From Planctomycetota bacterium (GTDB taxonomy: Bacteria > Planctomycetota > UBA1135 > UBA2386), in NCBI GenBank assembly GCA_965228735.1, contig OZ245838.1, positions 1,536,001-1,600,000 on the forward strand: a DNA stretch of 64,000 nucleotides. The letters are read 5' to 3'. Below, in pieces: positions 47,593-56,608 of the stretch (position 1 is the stretch's first letter; each line of letters starts with the position of its first letter). The notes below the pieces were generated by a model. The model saw nothing but the letters and a program-made list of their open reading frames with translations. It was not told the origin of the DNA and searched no databases. A program made the translations under genes and the position numbers.

Positions 47593-48984
47593 ATGTACCG
47601 GCTCTACCTCGCGCTTCGGTATCTGGTCACGCGGCCGATCAACCTGCTCGGCATGCTCGGCATCACGCTGAGCGTGTGGGCGCTCGTCGTCGTCGTGTCG
47701 CTGTTCTCGGGGTTCATGGTCGTGATCGAGGAGCACGTCCAGGACGCGAGCGCCGACATCTCGGTCACCGAACTGCCCGCGTGGGCCGATCACGAGAAGG
47801 TGACGGCGACGCTGCGCGACGATCCCAACGTCGCGGCGACCGCGCCGCGCATCGTCCACTTCGGTCTGCTGCACCAACCCGGCCAGCGGCCGCCGCCGCC
47901 GCCGCTCCCCGGCCGCGGCGCGCTGCACGGCGGCGACCAGCCGTTCTTGTTCGTCTACGGCGTCGATGACGCGGCCGAACGCGAGGTGTCAGCGTTCGCC
48001 GACTGGCTGCAGTCGCCCGAGATCCCAGCACGCATGCGAGTCCGCGACCCGGCCGCGCCGTTCCGCACCAGCCCGTCCAGTCTCGGGACGAGCGGCCGCA
48101 CCGGCGTGCTCATCGGGCTCGATCGGATGACCCGCGAAGGCCTCGCGATCGGCGACCGCGTCGACCTCACGACGGGCCGCCAGCTCACGCAGGACGGGCA
48201 GGGCACGTTCGTACCGTTCACGATCGAGCTCGAGGTCTGCGGCGCGTTCAAGACCCGGCACGGCGGTTTCGACGGCAACATCGTCTTCGTCGATCTCGAC
48301 ATCCTGGCCTCCGAGCTCGCGCCGCCGACCGACCCGGAGGCGGTGCCCGAGACTCCGGCACAGCGCCGGTCCATCCAGGAGATCGCGGTCCGGGTCCGCG
48401 ACGACGGACAACTCACGGAGACGGCGCGGCGCCTGCAGGACGCGGTCCTGCGCACACTCGATCCCGGCACGGCCTTCGGCTACGGCCGCGTGCTCACGTG
48501 GCGCCAGCGCAACGCCGAGTTCCTCGGGTCGATCGAACACCAGCGCGGCCTGCTCAAGATCGTGCTGTTCGTCATCCTTGTCGTCGCCGCGTTCCTCATG
48601 CTCGCGACGTTGTCGATGATGGTCACGGAGAAGACCGGCGACATCGGCATTCTCACCGCCATGGGTGGCACGCCGGGTGGCGTCACGCTCACGTTCTTGT
48701 TGTGTGGACTCACGGTCACGGCGCTCGGTGTGCTGCTCGGCATCGGCACCGGGGTGGTAACGTCGGTCTACCTCGAGGAGATCCGTCAGTTCCTCATCTG
48801 GGCAACCGGCGTCGACCTGTTCCCGCTCGACGTCTACAACCTCGATCGCGTCCCGTGTGACATCGACACCGCGTGGCTGCTGCAGGTCGCGGGCATGGCG
48901 TTCGCCACGGGCGTGCTCGCATCGGCGCTGCCCGCGTGGCGCGCGGCGCGGCACGATCCGCTCGTGTCGCTGCGCGGCGTCTGA
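47593..48984 (+). CDS. Lipoprotein-releasing ABC transporter permease (LolC/E family)
   Basis: ALRYL, EKTGDIGILTAMG, PAWRAARHDPLVSLR. Confidence 0.88.
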   Translation: MYRLYLALRYLVTRPINLLGMLGITLSVWALVVVVSLFSGFMVVIEEHVQDASADISVTELPAWADHEKVTATLRDDPNVAATAPRIVHFGLLHQPGQRPPPPPLPGRGALHGGDQPFLFVYGVDDAAEREVSAFADWLQSPEIPARMRVRDPAAPFRTSPSSLGTSGRTGVLIGLDRMTREGLAIGDRVDLTTGRQLTQDGQGTFVPFTIELEVCGAFKTRHGGFDGNIVFVDLDILASELAPPTDPEAVPETPAQRRSIQEIAVRVRDDGQLTETARRLQDAVLRTLDPGTAFGYGRVLTWRQRNAEFLGSIEHQRGLLKIVLFVILVVAAFLMLATLSMMVTEKTGDIGILTAMGGTPGGVTLTFLLCGLTVTALGVLLGIGTGVVTSVYLEEIRQFLIWATGVDLFPLDVYNLDRVPCDIDTAWLLQVAGMAFATGVLASALPAWRAARHDPLVSLRGV

Positions 48985-48999
48985 ACCGCGTCTGCCAGG

Positions 49000-49635
49000 A
49001 TGCACGATCCGGCGCTCGCGCCGGCGACCGTACCCGCTACGATGACGCAGATGCCGCGCCCCTCGCGAGGCCCGTCCGATGAGTTCCGACCCCGCGCCCA
49101 CCTCGTCGCGGTGCTCGCGGGTTGCGCGCTGCTCATGCCGGCGCTGACGACGGGCTGCAGCACGTCGCCCGAGCATCCCGGCCTGTCGCCAATGGACAAG
49201 GTCGCCCGCCTGTTCGCCATCGACTTCGGCTCGCGCGCCGCGGCACGGCGCGAACGCGGGCTGCGGCGCGTGTTCGACATCCCGTCCGCCGAGCTCGCCC
49301 GCCTGCCTGCGATGCGCGCTCTCGCCGAGGCCGCCCCGCCCAGAGTCGTCGCGCGCATCGATCGCCTGCCCCCGGCCATCCGCAGCGCCGCGCTCGCGGA
49401 AGCCGAACGCAGCCTCGCGCTCACGAGCCCGAGCCCGCTCGTCATCGAGCAACTGCCGACGCCGTCGTCGATCGCCGCGAGTACGGCCCGCGACCTCGAA
49501 CGCCTCGGCTACCTGCTCGGACTCGAGCGCCGCCCGCTCCCCGAGATCGACGACCGCCGCCACCGCGTCGATCCGCGCGACGACCACCCCGAGAAGACGC
49601 TCTGGGAACGGCTCGCGCGCCGGATCTTTCCGTAG
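49000..49635 (+). CDS. Putative lipoprotein
   Basis: Hydrophobic stretch ending TTGC; start uncertain (49000-49051). Confidence 0.6.
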   Translation: MHDPALAPATVPATMTQMPRPSRGPSDEFRPRAHLVAVLAGCALLMPALTTGCSTSPEHPGLSPMDKVARLFAIDFGSRAAARRERGLRRVFDIPSAELARLPAMRALAEAAPPRVVARIDRLPPAIRSAALAEAERSLALTSPSPLVIEQLPTPSSIAASTARDLERLGYLLGLERRPLPEIDDRRHRVDPRDDHPEKTLWERLARRIFP

Positions 49636-49760
49636 TCCCGGCGAGCTCGCGTGTCACGATTGCGTCTGCGCTCGCCGTCGCGGCGCCGGGGCCGTAGAAC
49701 CCCGGGCGCCGGATCCGTCGGCGCCGCCGGCCCCCCGCCGCACTCCTGACCACGACCCCG

Positions 49761-51425
49761 ATGCAACGCTTCCTCCCGTTCACCGCTTCCCTGCTCGTCG
49801 CCGGCTCCATCGTGACCGGCCTCGCCGCCCAGGAATCCCCATTCACGGCACCGCACGCGCTCCCCGAGGATCGGCAGACGGGCGGCCGCTCCGTCACGGT
49901 CGAGCAGTGCAAGGAGTGGCTCTACACGCTCGCGTCGCCCGAGTACGAAGGGCGGCAGACCGGCCACCCCGGGTTCGAGAAGGCGGCCGAGTACGTGTCC
50001 GCGCACTTCCGTGATCTCGGCCTCGTCGCGCTGTCGGACGACGGCAGCTACTACCAGCACGTGCCGTGGTCCCGCAGCGACGTCGACGAGAAGAAGACCT
50101 ACGTGTCGTTCGTCAGCGGCACGGACGAGATCCTGCGCATCCCGGCCGACCGGCTCAGCGGCTCGGTCACGGCACCGCTGTCCGCGAGCGGTGAGGTCGT
50201 CTTGCTCGTGCTCACTCCCGAGGCCCAGCCCGCGGACGAACAGGGTGGTCGCCAGCGCCGCTTCCGGATGCCGAAGATCGACGGGCTCGACGAGCTCGAC
50301 CTCACGGACAAGGTCGTCGTCGCGTACATCCGCAACACGGGCGACCGGGGCGCACAGGCGATGATGTCGTTCGCTCTGCGGCGCGCGATGTCGGGCAAGG
50401 ACGCGGCCGCGGTGCTCTACGCCACGGCCGACGCCCCGGCGACCTCGCTGCGGGGAGCGTCGAGCAGCCGCCGCACGACCAATCCAGCTGCGGCCGGCCG
50501 GCGCCGGCGCCCGACGACGGCCACGTTCGGCGGCGAGGACTTCGAGCGCATGCTCGACGCCGACGACCTCGACCTCGCGCAGCTCGACGGCAGCGTGCTC
50601 GCGCCGCCGATGACGCTGAAGGCCGAGGTCGAGATCCACACCAAGGAGGCGCAGGCCCCCGCGATGAACGTCTTCGGCGTGCTGCCGGGCAGCGATCCGG
50701 AGCTGCGCGACGAGTACGTCGTGATCGGCAGCCACCTCGACCACGTCGGCATGCGCGGCGGTCTGCACCCGGGCGCGGACGACGACGCGTCGGGCACCAC
50801 GGGCGTGATGGCCGTGGCCCAGATGTTCGTGAAGAACGAGATCAAGCCGCGCCGCAGCATCCTGTTCGTGTGCTTCGCAGGCGAGGAGGACGGTCTCGTC
50901 GGCTCACGGTTCTTCGCGAACAACCCGCCGATCCCGCTCGAGTCGATCGCTGCCGAGCTGCAGATGGACATGATCGGCCGCGACGAGGAGGCCAACCGCG
51001 AGAGCCGAACGCCCGAAGAACGCAGCGAGAAGGCCGAGGACAATCGCGACAGCCTGCACCTCATCGGCACGCAGAAGCTCGCGCCCGCGCTGCACGCGCT
51101 CTGCCTGCAGAAGAACGAGTCCGCGGGCTTTGCGATCGAGTACGACCAGGAGGGCATGTTCGGCCGCAGCGACCACGCCAACTTCGCGCGCAAGGGCGTG
51201 CCGATCGCGTTCTTCTTCACGGGCCTGCACGCCGACTACCACGAGACGACGGACACCCCGGACAAGATCCACTTCGAGAAGCTGCTCCGCGTCGCGTCCT
51301 ACGTCTACGACATCGCGTTCGACCTCGCGCAGAGCGACACGCGCCCGCTGATCGACCCGGAGCTGTGGCAGAACATGCGCAACCGCGGCAGCAAGGACCC
51401 GGCCGCGCCGCTCATGGACAAGTAG
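49761..51425 (+). CDS. Secreted M28 family metallopeptidase
   Basis: IGSHLDH, GADDDASG, GEEDGL, MDMIGR, SDH, YHETTD. Confidence 0.93.
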   Translation: MQRFLPFTASLLVAGSIVTGLAAQESPFTAPHALPEDRQTGGRSVTVEQCKEWLYTLASPEYEGRQTGHPGFEKAAEYVSAHFRDLGLVALSDDGSYYQHVPWSRSDVDEKKTYVSFVSGTDEILRIPADRLSGSVTAPLSASGEVVLLVLTPEAQPADEQGGRQRRFRMPKIDGLDELDLTDKVVVAYIRNTGDRGAQAMMSFALRRAMSGKDAAAVLYATADAPATSLRGASSSRRTTNPAAAGRRRRPTTATFGGEDFERMLDADDLDLAQLDGSVLAPPMTLKAEVEIHTKEAQAPAMNVFGVLPGSDPELRDEYVVIGSHLDHVGMRGGLHPGADDDASGTTGVMAVAQMFVKNEIKPRRSILFVCFAGEEDGLVGSRFFANNPPIPLESIAAELQMDMIGRDEEANRESRTPEERSEKAEDNRDSLHLIGTQKLAPALHALCLQKNESAGFAIEYDQEGMFGRSDHANFARKGVPIAFFFTGLHADYHETTDTPDKIHFEKLLRVASYVYDIAFDLAQSDTRPLIDPELWQNMRNRGSKDPAAPLMDK

Positions 51426-51440
51426 CGCCCCGACTGCGGG

Positions 51441-52172
51441 TCAGACGAGCCGCTGCTGGTCGGGATCGCGCAGGGCGAGCGGCGGGCCGAGGATCTCGGC
51501 GCCGAGGATCACGCGCTTGATGTCCTGCAGGTCGACGAGGCGGTCGACGCCGGCCGGAACGGGGCCGCTGCCCGCGAGCGGCATCACGGGCTCGCGCTCC
51601 ATGTGACGGCCGCCGAGCGAACCCCAGGCGCGGTCGTGTTTGCCGACCCGACCCTGATACGCGCTCGAGCGCGAGCTGATCGACTCGCCGACGTGTGGGT
51701 CGATGCGGGTCCCGAACATCCGGGTTGCAGCCTCTGGCGAGATCGGCTGCGGCCCGGACTTCGGTTGCGGTACGGGCGGCGGCTCGGCCCGTCGCGTCTG
51801 CGATACCGGCTGGGGCTGCGGCTGCGATCGCGCCCTGGGCGGCGCAGTGTCCGCGACCGGGTCGAGCCCGAGCAGCCGGCGCATCTCGGCCGCCACGTCG
51901 TCGGGACTCCGCGACTGGGTCGAGGTGCGCGGTGTCGGACTGGCTTGCATCGACGGTCGCGGTTCGGACCGCTGCACTGGGTCCGGTCCTCGAGTCGCCA
52001 TCGTCGACGCGGAGCCCGACGTCGACTGCGTGCCCCGCTGCTCCGCACGCTCACGCCGCCGCCGCGCGTCGGCGCGCGACTTGACCACGTTCCCGATTCC
52101 GCCGAGCACCCAGGCCGCGACGATGAACAGGACGATCGGGTTATTGGTGACGAACTCCCAGAGGCCGCGCAT
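51441..52172 (-). CDS. Hypothetical membrane-anchored protein downstream of floA
   Basis: N-terminal TM, Pro-rich middle, C-terminal ILGAEILGPPLALR; coupled to the floA stop. Confidence 0.75.
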   Translation of the reverse strand: MRGLWEFVTNNPIVLFIVAAWVLGGIGNVVKSRADARRRRERAEQRGTQSTSGSASTMATRGPDPVQRSEPRPSMQASPTPRTSTQSRSPDDVAAEMRRLLGLDPVADTAPPRARSQPQPQPVSQTRRAEPPPVPQPKSGPQPISPEAATRMFGTRIDPHVGESISSRSSAYQGRVGKHDRAWGSLGGRHMEREPVMPLAGSGPVPAGVDRLVDLQDIKRVILGAEILGPPLALRDPDQQRLV

Positions 52173-53224
52173 CAGTCGTCCTGCCCGCGCATCTTCTTCT
52201 TGTTGCTCTCGGTCTTGAGGTGGGCCTCTTCACCCGCGGCGATCTGCGACCGCATCTTGGTGTCGGCCTCGATGTTGCGGATGCGCTGGAAGTCGAGGAC
52301 GCCGAGGTTACCCGACCGGAACGCGTCGGCCATCGCCTTCGGCACTTCGGCCTCGGCGAGCACGAGCTTCGCGCGGTTTGCCGCGATGTCGGCGACGTTC
52401 TCCTGCTCGGCTGCGACGGCCATCGCGCGGCGCGACTCGGCCGCGGCCTGGGCGACGCGCTTGTCCGCCTCGGCCTGGTCGGCCTGCAGGCGCGCGCCGA
52501 TGTTGTCCCCAATGTCGACGTCGGCGATGTCGATCGACAGGATCTCGAACGCCGTGCCGGCATCGAGCCCCTTGTGCAGCACGCCCTTGCTGATCAGGTC
52601 CGGGTTCTCGAGCACGTCCTTGTGCGAGCCGGACGAACCGATCGTCGAGACGATGCCCTCGCCGACGCGCGCGACGATCGTGTCTTCGGTCGCGCCACCG
52701 ACGAGTCGCTGGATGTTCGTCCGCACGGTCACACGCGCTTTCGCGAGCACCTGAATGCCGTCCTTGGCCATCGCCGCGACCTTGCTGTTGGCCGGGCAAT
52801 CGATGACCTTGGGGTTGACGCACGTCTGGACCGCGTCGAGCACGTCACGGCCCGCGAGGTCGATCGCCGCCGCCTGCCGGAAGTCGAGCCCGAGGTTGGC
52901 GCGGTCCGCCGCGATCAGCGCGCGGACGACGTTGATCACGTTGCCGCCGGCCAGGTAGTGCGCTTCGAGCTCACCCGTGTTGAGCGGCAATCCGGCCTGC
53001 GTCGCGGAGATCGCGCCGCGCACGATGACCGTCGGATTGACCTTGCGCAGCGACATCCCGATCAGCTGGAAGAGGCCGATCCGCGTGCCCGACATGTAGG
53101 CCTGGACCCACAGGTTGAGGAACTTGAGCAGGATCAGGACGAGGACGACGAGAACGACCAGCAGGCCGATCAGAACCCACGTGAGTGTGCTGAGGCCTTC
53201 GTCGGGCGGCAGGAATGCGAGCAT
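52172..53224 (-). CDS. floA: Flotillin-like protein FloA (YqfA)
   Basis: [42 protein letters not shown]. Confidence 0.93.
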   Translation of the reverse strand: MLAFLPPDEGLSTLTWVLIGLLVVLVVLVLILLKFLNLWVQAYMSGTRIGLFQLIGMSLRKVNPTVIVRGAISATQAGLPLNTGELEAHYLAGGNVINVVRALIAADRANLGLDFRQAAAIDLAGRDVLDAVQTCVNPKVIDCPANSKVAAMAKDGIQVLAKARVTVRTNIQRLVGGATEDTIVARVGEGIVSTIGSSGSHKDVLENPDLISKGVLHKGLDAGTAFEILSIDIADVDIGDNIGARLQADQAEADKRVAQAAAESRRAMAVAAEQENVADIAANRAKLVLAEAEVPKAMADAFRSGNLGVLDFQRIRNIEADTKMRSQIAAGEEAHLKTESNKKKMRGQDD

Positions 53225-53292
53225 TGCGGAGTTTGGTCTGGCGTGGGCCGCGACAGCCGCGGCATGAAAGGGGAATCAGTGCGAGGGGTGAG

Positions 53293-55518
53293 TCAGTCGG
53301 TCGCGGCAACGACGACGCGGTTGCCGCTGACCTCGAGCACCTTGATCGGGGTCGCGCGGGCGATCATCTCGCCGCGAGTGACGACGTCGATCTTGCGACC
53401 GTCGATGCGCGCGAAACCCGCGGGGCGCAGATCGGACAGCGTCTCACCGGACTGACCGACGAGCGCCGAGAGCCCGCGATCGGCCGCGGCCGCATGGCCC
53501 TGGGTCTTGGGGCCCGCGAGGATCAGCTGTTTGCCGAACGGCGTCTTGGGCAGGATCCTGAACGCCATCGTGAGCACGACCGGCGCCGCGATGGCCTCGA
53601 CGACGAGGATCGTCATGCCGAACCCGGTGGACTCCTGGAACGCCGCGAACACCGCGCCGATCAGCGTGACGCCGGCCAGCAGGCCGATCACCCCGAACGA
53701 GACGAAGAACACCTCGGCGACGAGCAGCACGAGACCGACGATCAGCAGCAGGAACACGACGCCGACGCTGCCGCTCTCCCCGGGGTTGTCCGACGATGGG
53801 TTCTCCGCGGGTGGGCTCTGCGCGGATGGGTTCTGCGAGGATGGGCCCTCCGACCCGGGGCTCCCGGTCTGGGCGTTGGCGCCCACGACGACCCGATTGC
53901 CCTGCACGTAGAGCACCCGCAGCGGCGTGCCGACCTCGTGATACTCGCCCTCGGTCACGACGTCGATCCGATCGCCGTCGATCGCCATCGTCCCGGTCGG
54001 GCGCAGCAGCGTCACCGCGACGCCGGTCCGGCCGACGAGCGCCGTCAACCTCTCGGTCGGCAGCCCGAGGCCGCTCGGCTGGCTCGCGTTGGCGCCGTCA
54101 CCGCCGGCGTTCGGCGGGCGCAGGAACGCGCGATTGAAGAACGGCACCTTCGGCAGCAGACGCCATGTGAAGAACCCGAGCACCAGCACGAGCACGAACA
54201 GCAGCGTGAGGTTCATCAGGTTCGCGAGCAGGATGCCCTCCTCGACCGCGTTGCTCGGCCAAACGAAGGACTGCCGCGACAGCACGAGCGACAGCACGAG
54301 ACAGACGAAGCCCGCGGCGCCGAAGATGAGCATGCCCGGCAGCAGGAAAATCTCGACGGCGAGCGCCGCGATGCCGAGGAAGAACAGGATGATCTCGGTG
54401 ACCTCGGCGAGCCCGACGAGGTAGCTGTGGAACATCGACAGCGCGAGGAACGCCACCCCGAGGATCCCGGGCAGCCCGAACCCCGGCGTCTTGACCTCGA
54501 CGAGGATCAGCAGGAAGCCGGCGACGAGCAGGAACGGCGCGAGCAGCTCGAGCCAGACGATCATGTCCTCGGCCCAGTTGACCTCGAGCTCCTGCACCGC
54601 CTCGGGCGCCACGAGCAGGACGTCGCTCGTCAGGTGCTCGAGGCTGTCGACGGTGCCCATCGACAACCCGGCGTCCTCCGCCTCCGTCGCGTTCACGAAG
54701 AGCGGCCGCGTCAACGGCTCCTTCTCCAGCACGCGACCGCCGCCGGCCGAGAGCGCGGCGAGCTCGGCCTCGTCGAGCAGTCGGGTCCGTTCGAGCCCCG
54801 CTTCGCGGACGACCGCGCGAAACAGCTGCACGCGCGGGTCGGCCATCGCGAGCGCCATCTTGACGGCATCGGCGCGCAGCTTGACCTTGCGGCCGTCGAG
54901 CCGCTCGCGCACCGCGGCCTTGACCTCTTCGAGCCGCAGAGCGATGGCGTTGTCCGGATCGAGGGCGAAGAGGTCGCCCCAGTCCGACTCGGGTTTGGTG
55001 ATCTCCCCGATCTCGGCACCGCGCTGGAAGTAGGTCCGGCTCGTCAGCAGCGCCAGATAGCACGCTCCCTGCGTCGCCCGCCCCTTCACGTAGGTCACCG
55101 TCTCGACCGTCGTCGCCTGCACCTGGTCGAACAGGCTCTGCAGGTCCTCCTGGTCCTCCGTGAAGCTGCCGGTATCCCGGTCGAGCACGAACACGACCCA
55201 CGCCGCGCCGTTGTCCTCGGCGTAGCGCAGCGTGCGCGTGCAGCGCGCGAGCTCCTGGGTGCCGAGCTTGCCGCTGAGCGTGACCGTGAGCACCTGCGGC
55301 GCGACGGCCGCGCCCGATTCCTGGGCCGTCGCGTCCTGGGCCGTCACGTTCCGCCCGCCCAACACGCCGGCCACCAGGACGCCAGCCACCAGCAGGGCCA
55401 CGCCCGACCGGGCCGCGACGAACGACAAGGCTAGCCCGAGAACACTCCCGAGCACGCCCGGCAGCCCGACCGGCGCAGGCCGGCAGCGCGCCCACCGCTC
55501 CTCAGATCGCGTTGTCAC
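53293..55518 (-). CDS. NfeD family protein: long NfeD fused to a second short NfeD module
   Basis: ClpP/crotonase-like N-domain, EVKTPGFG TM bundle, OB fold (LRPTG...DVVTEG), linker, second TM bundle (AEVFFVSFG) and OB fold (LRPAG...DVVTRG). Start uncertain (55518 or 55455). Confidence 0.85.
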   Translation of the reverse strand: MTTRSEERWARCRPAPVGLPGVLGSVLGLALSFVAARSGVALLVAGVLVAGVLGGRNVTAQDATAQESGAAVAPQVLTVTLSGKLGTQELARCTRTLRYAEDNGAAWVVFVLDRDTGSFTEDQEDLQSLFDQVQATTVETVTYVKGRATQGACYLALLTSRTYFQRGAEIGEITKPESDWGDLFALDPDNAIALRLEEVKAAVRERLDGRKVKLRADAVKMALAMADPRVQLFRAVVREAGLERTRLLDEAELAALSAGGGRVLEKEPLTRPLFVNATEAEDAGLSMGTVDSLEHLTSDVLLVAPEAVQELEVNWAEDMIVWLELLAPFLLVAGFLLILVEVKTPGFGLPGILGVAFLALSMFHSYLVGLAEVTEIILFFLGIAALAVEIFLLPGMLIFGAAGFVCLVLSLVLSRQSFVWPSNAVEEGILLANLMNLTLLFVLVLVLGFFTWRLLPKVPFFNRAFLRPPNAGGDGANASQPSGLGLPTERLTALVGRTGVAVTLLRPTGTMAIDGDRIDVVTEGEYHEVGTPLRVLYVQGNRVVVGANAQTGSPGSEGPSSQNPSAQSPPAENPSSDNPGESGSVGVVFLLLIVGLVLLVAEVFFVSFGVIGLLAGVTLIGAVFAAFQESTGFGMTILVVEAIAAPVVLTMAFRILPKTPFGKQLILAGPKTQGHAAAADRGLSALVGQSGETLSDLRPAGFARIDGRKIDVVTRGEMIARATPIKVLEVSGNRVVVAATD
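53795..53854 (-). repeat. Four degenerate 15-bp coding repeats in the NfeD linker
   Basis: gatgggttctccgcg ggtgggctctgcgcg gatgggttctgcgag gatgggccctccgac. Confidence 0.75.
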
Positions 55519-55656
55519 TGGCTTCTTGTTTAGCGCCCCGGGTGAGGTTTGACACCTCGGTTCGACCGTCCATCGGCAAAGGTCCGCGACTCCGCGGGAA
55601 CGGAACCGGGCAACGCCGGGTTGAGCCAACGCAGCCAGTGTTCCGATAGGCGACAG

Positions 55657-56592
55657 GTGCCGCCGACCCAAGCACCTCTCGGCCATCGCCAGGCCGCGCA
55701 GGCCGTCCAGCTCTGGGCGCGCACCGTCCGCACGCTGCGCAACCACGGGGATGTGGAACGGCTGTCCCGCGACGTCCTGCGGCGCGCCGGGCGCGAACTG
55801 GCCGATCTGCTCGCGACCCAGGACCTCGTGATCGAGTTCGGCCGCGACGGCGTGCTGCACGCGGGGGAGCTCGTCCTCCGGGTCGGCCCCACGGACGTGC
55901 CGTTCGGGCTGCTCGCCGAGAGCGGCGTTGGCACACTCGAACTCGCGGCCGGCACCCCGAGCGATGAGATCGAACGACTCCTGCGGACCTGTGCCGCCGC
56001 GCCCGGCATCGTCGATCCGATCTACGACCTGGCCCGCGAACTGCGACGTTCCGAGCTGCCGAACCTCGAACTCCGCGCCCCGGCCGCGGGCAGTCCGGCC
56101 ACCGGCGCGAGCCGGACCGGGCCGGAGATCGACTGGTGGCTCCTGCCCGAACCCCGACCGACGACCGAACTCGGCCATCTCATCGAGCGTGAGCTCGCGG
56201 CCAACCGGCCCACCCGCGTCGTGGACCTGTTGCTCGCCGAACTGGCGACCGACGACGCGGAGGACACGACGATCGGCGGCCACCTGCTGCGGCTGCTCGA
56301 GATCATGCTGCAACGCGACGACGCGGCCGGGGCGACGGAGCTCCTGCAGCGCGCGGAACACACCCCCGGCGTCGCACCGCAGGTCGTGATGCAGCTGCGC
56401 CGGCGCGGCATGCGCGCGCTGCGCTCCGACTGGCTCGGCCGCCAGCTACGCGACGCGCCCGATCAGAGCGGCGTGCTCGCACTCGCGATGCAGCTCGGCG
56501 ACGACGCGGTCCGTTGGGTCGCGCAGGCCGCAGCAGCCCTCGACGTGACGCTGCCGGCGTGGGTCGCGGCGATGCTCGGCCCGCTCGAGTAG
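55657..56592 (+). CDS. Hypothetical alpha-helical protein
   Basis: GC3-biased ORF filling the gap between flanking genes; start estimated at GTG 55657. Confidence 0.65.
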   Translation: MPPTQAPLGHRQAAQAVQLWARTVRTLRNHGDVERLSRDVLRRAGRELADLLATQDLVIEFGRDGVLHAGELVLRVGPTDVPFGLLAESGVGTLELAAGTPSDEIERLLRTCAAAPGIVDPIYDLARELRRSELPNLELRAPAAGSPATGASRTGPEIDWWLLPEPRPTTELGHLIERELAANRPTRVVDLLLAELATDDAEDTTIGGHLLRLLEIMLQRDDAAGATELLQRAEHTPGVAPQVVMQLRRRGMRALRSDWLGRQLRDAPDQSGVLALAMQLGDDAVRWVAQAAAALDVTLPAWVAAMLGPLE

Positions 56593-56608
56593 CCGGCGAG
56601 TCGCCGCC

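Noticed and set aside
46894..49635. In-frame TGA junctions (lolD to permease, permease to lipoprotein) as Sec readthrough sites
   Set aside because: Each gene is complete with its own ATG, there is no Cys/redox context, and in-frame spacing is expected by chance one time in three. I found no convincing selenoprotein in the window, though the by-eye search was not exhaustive.
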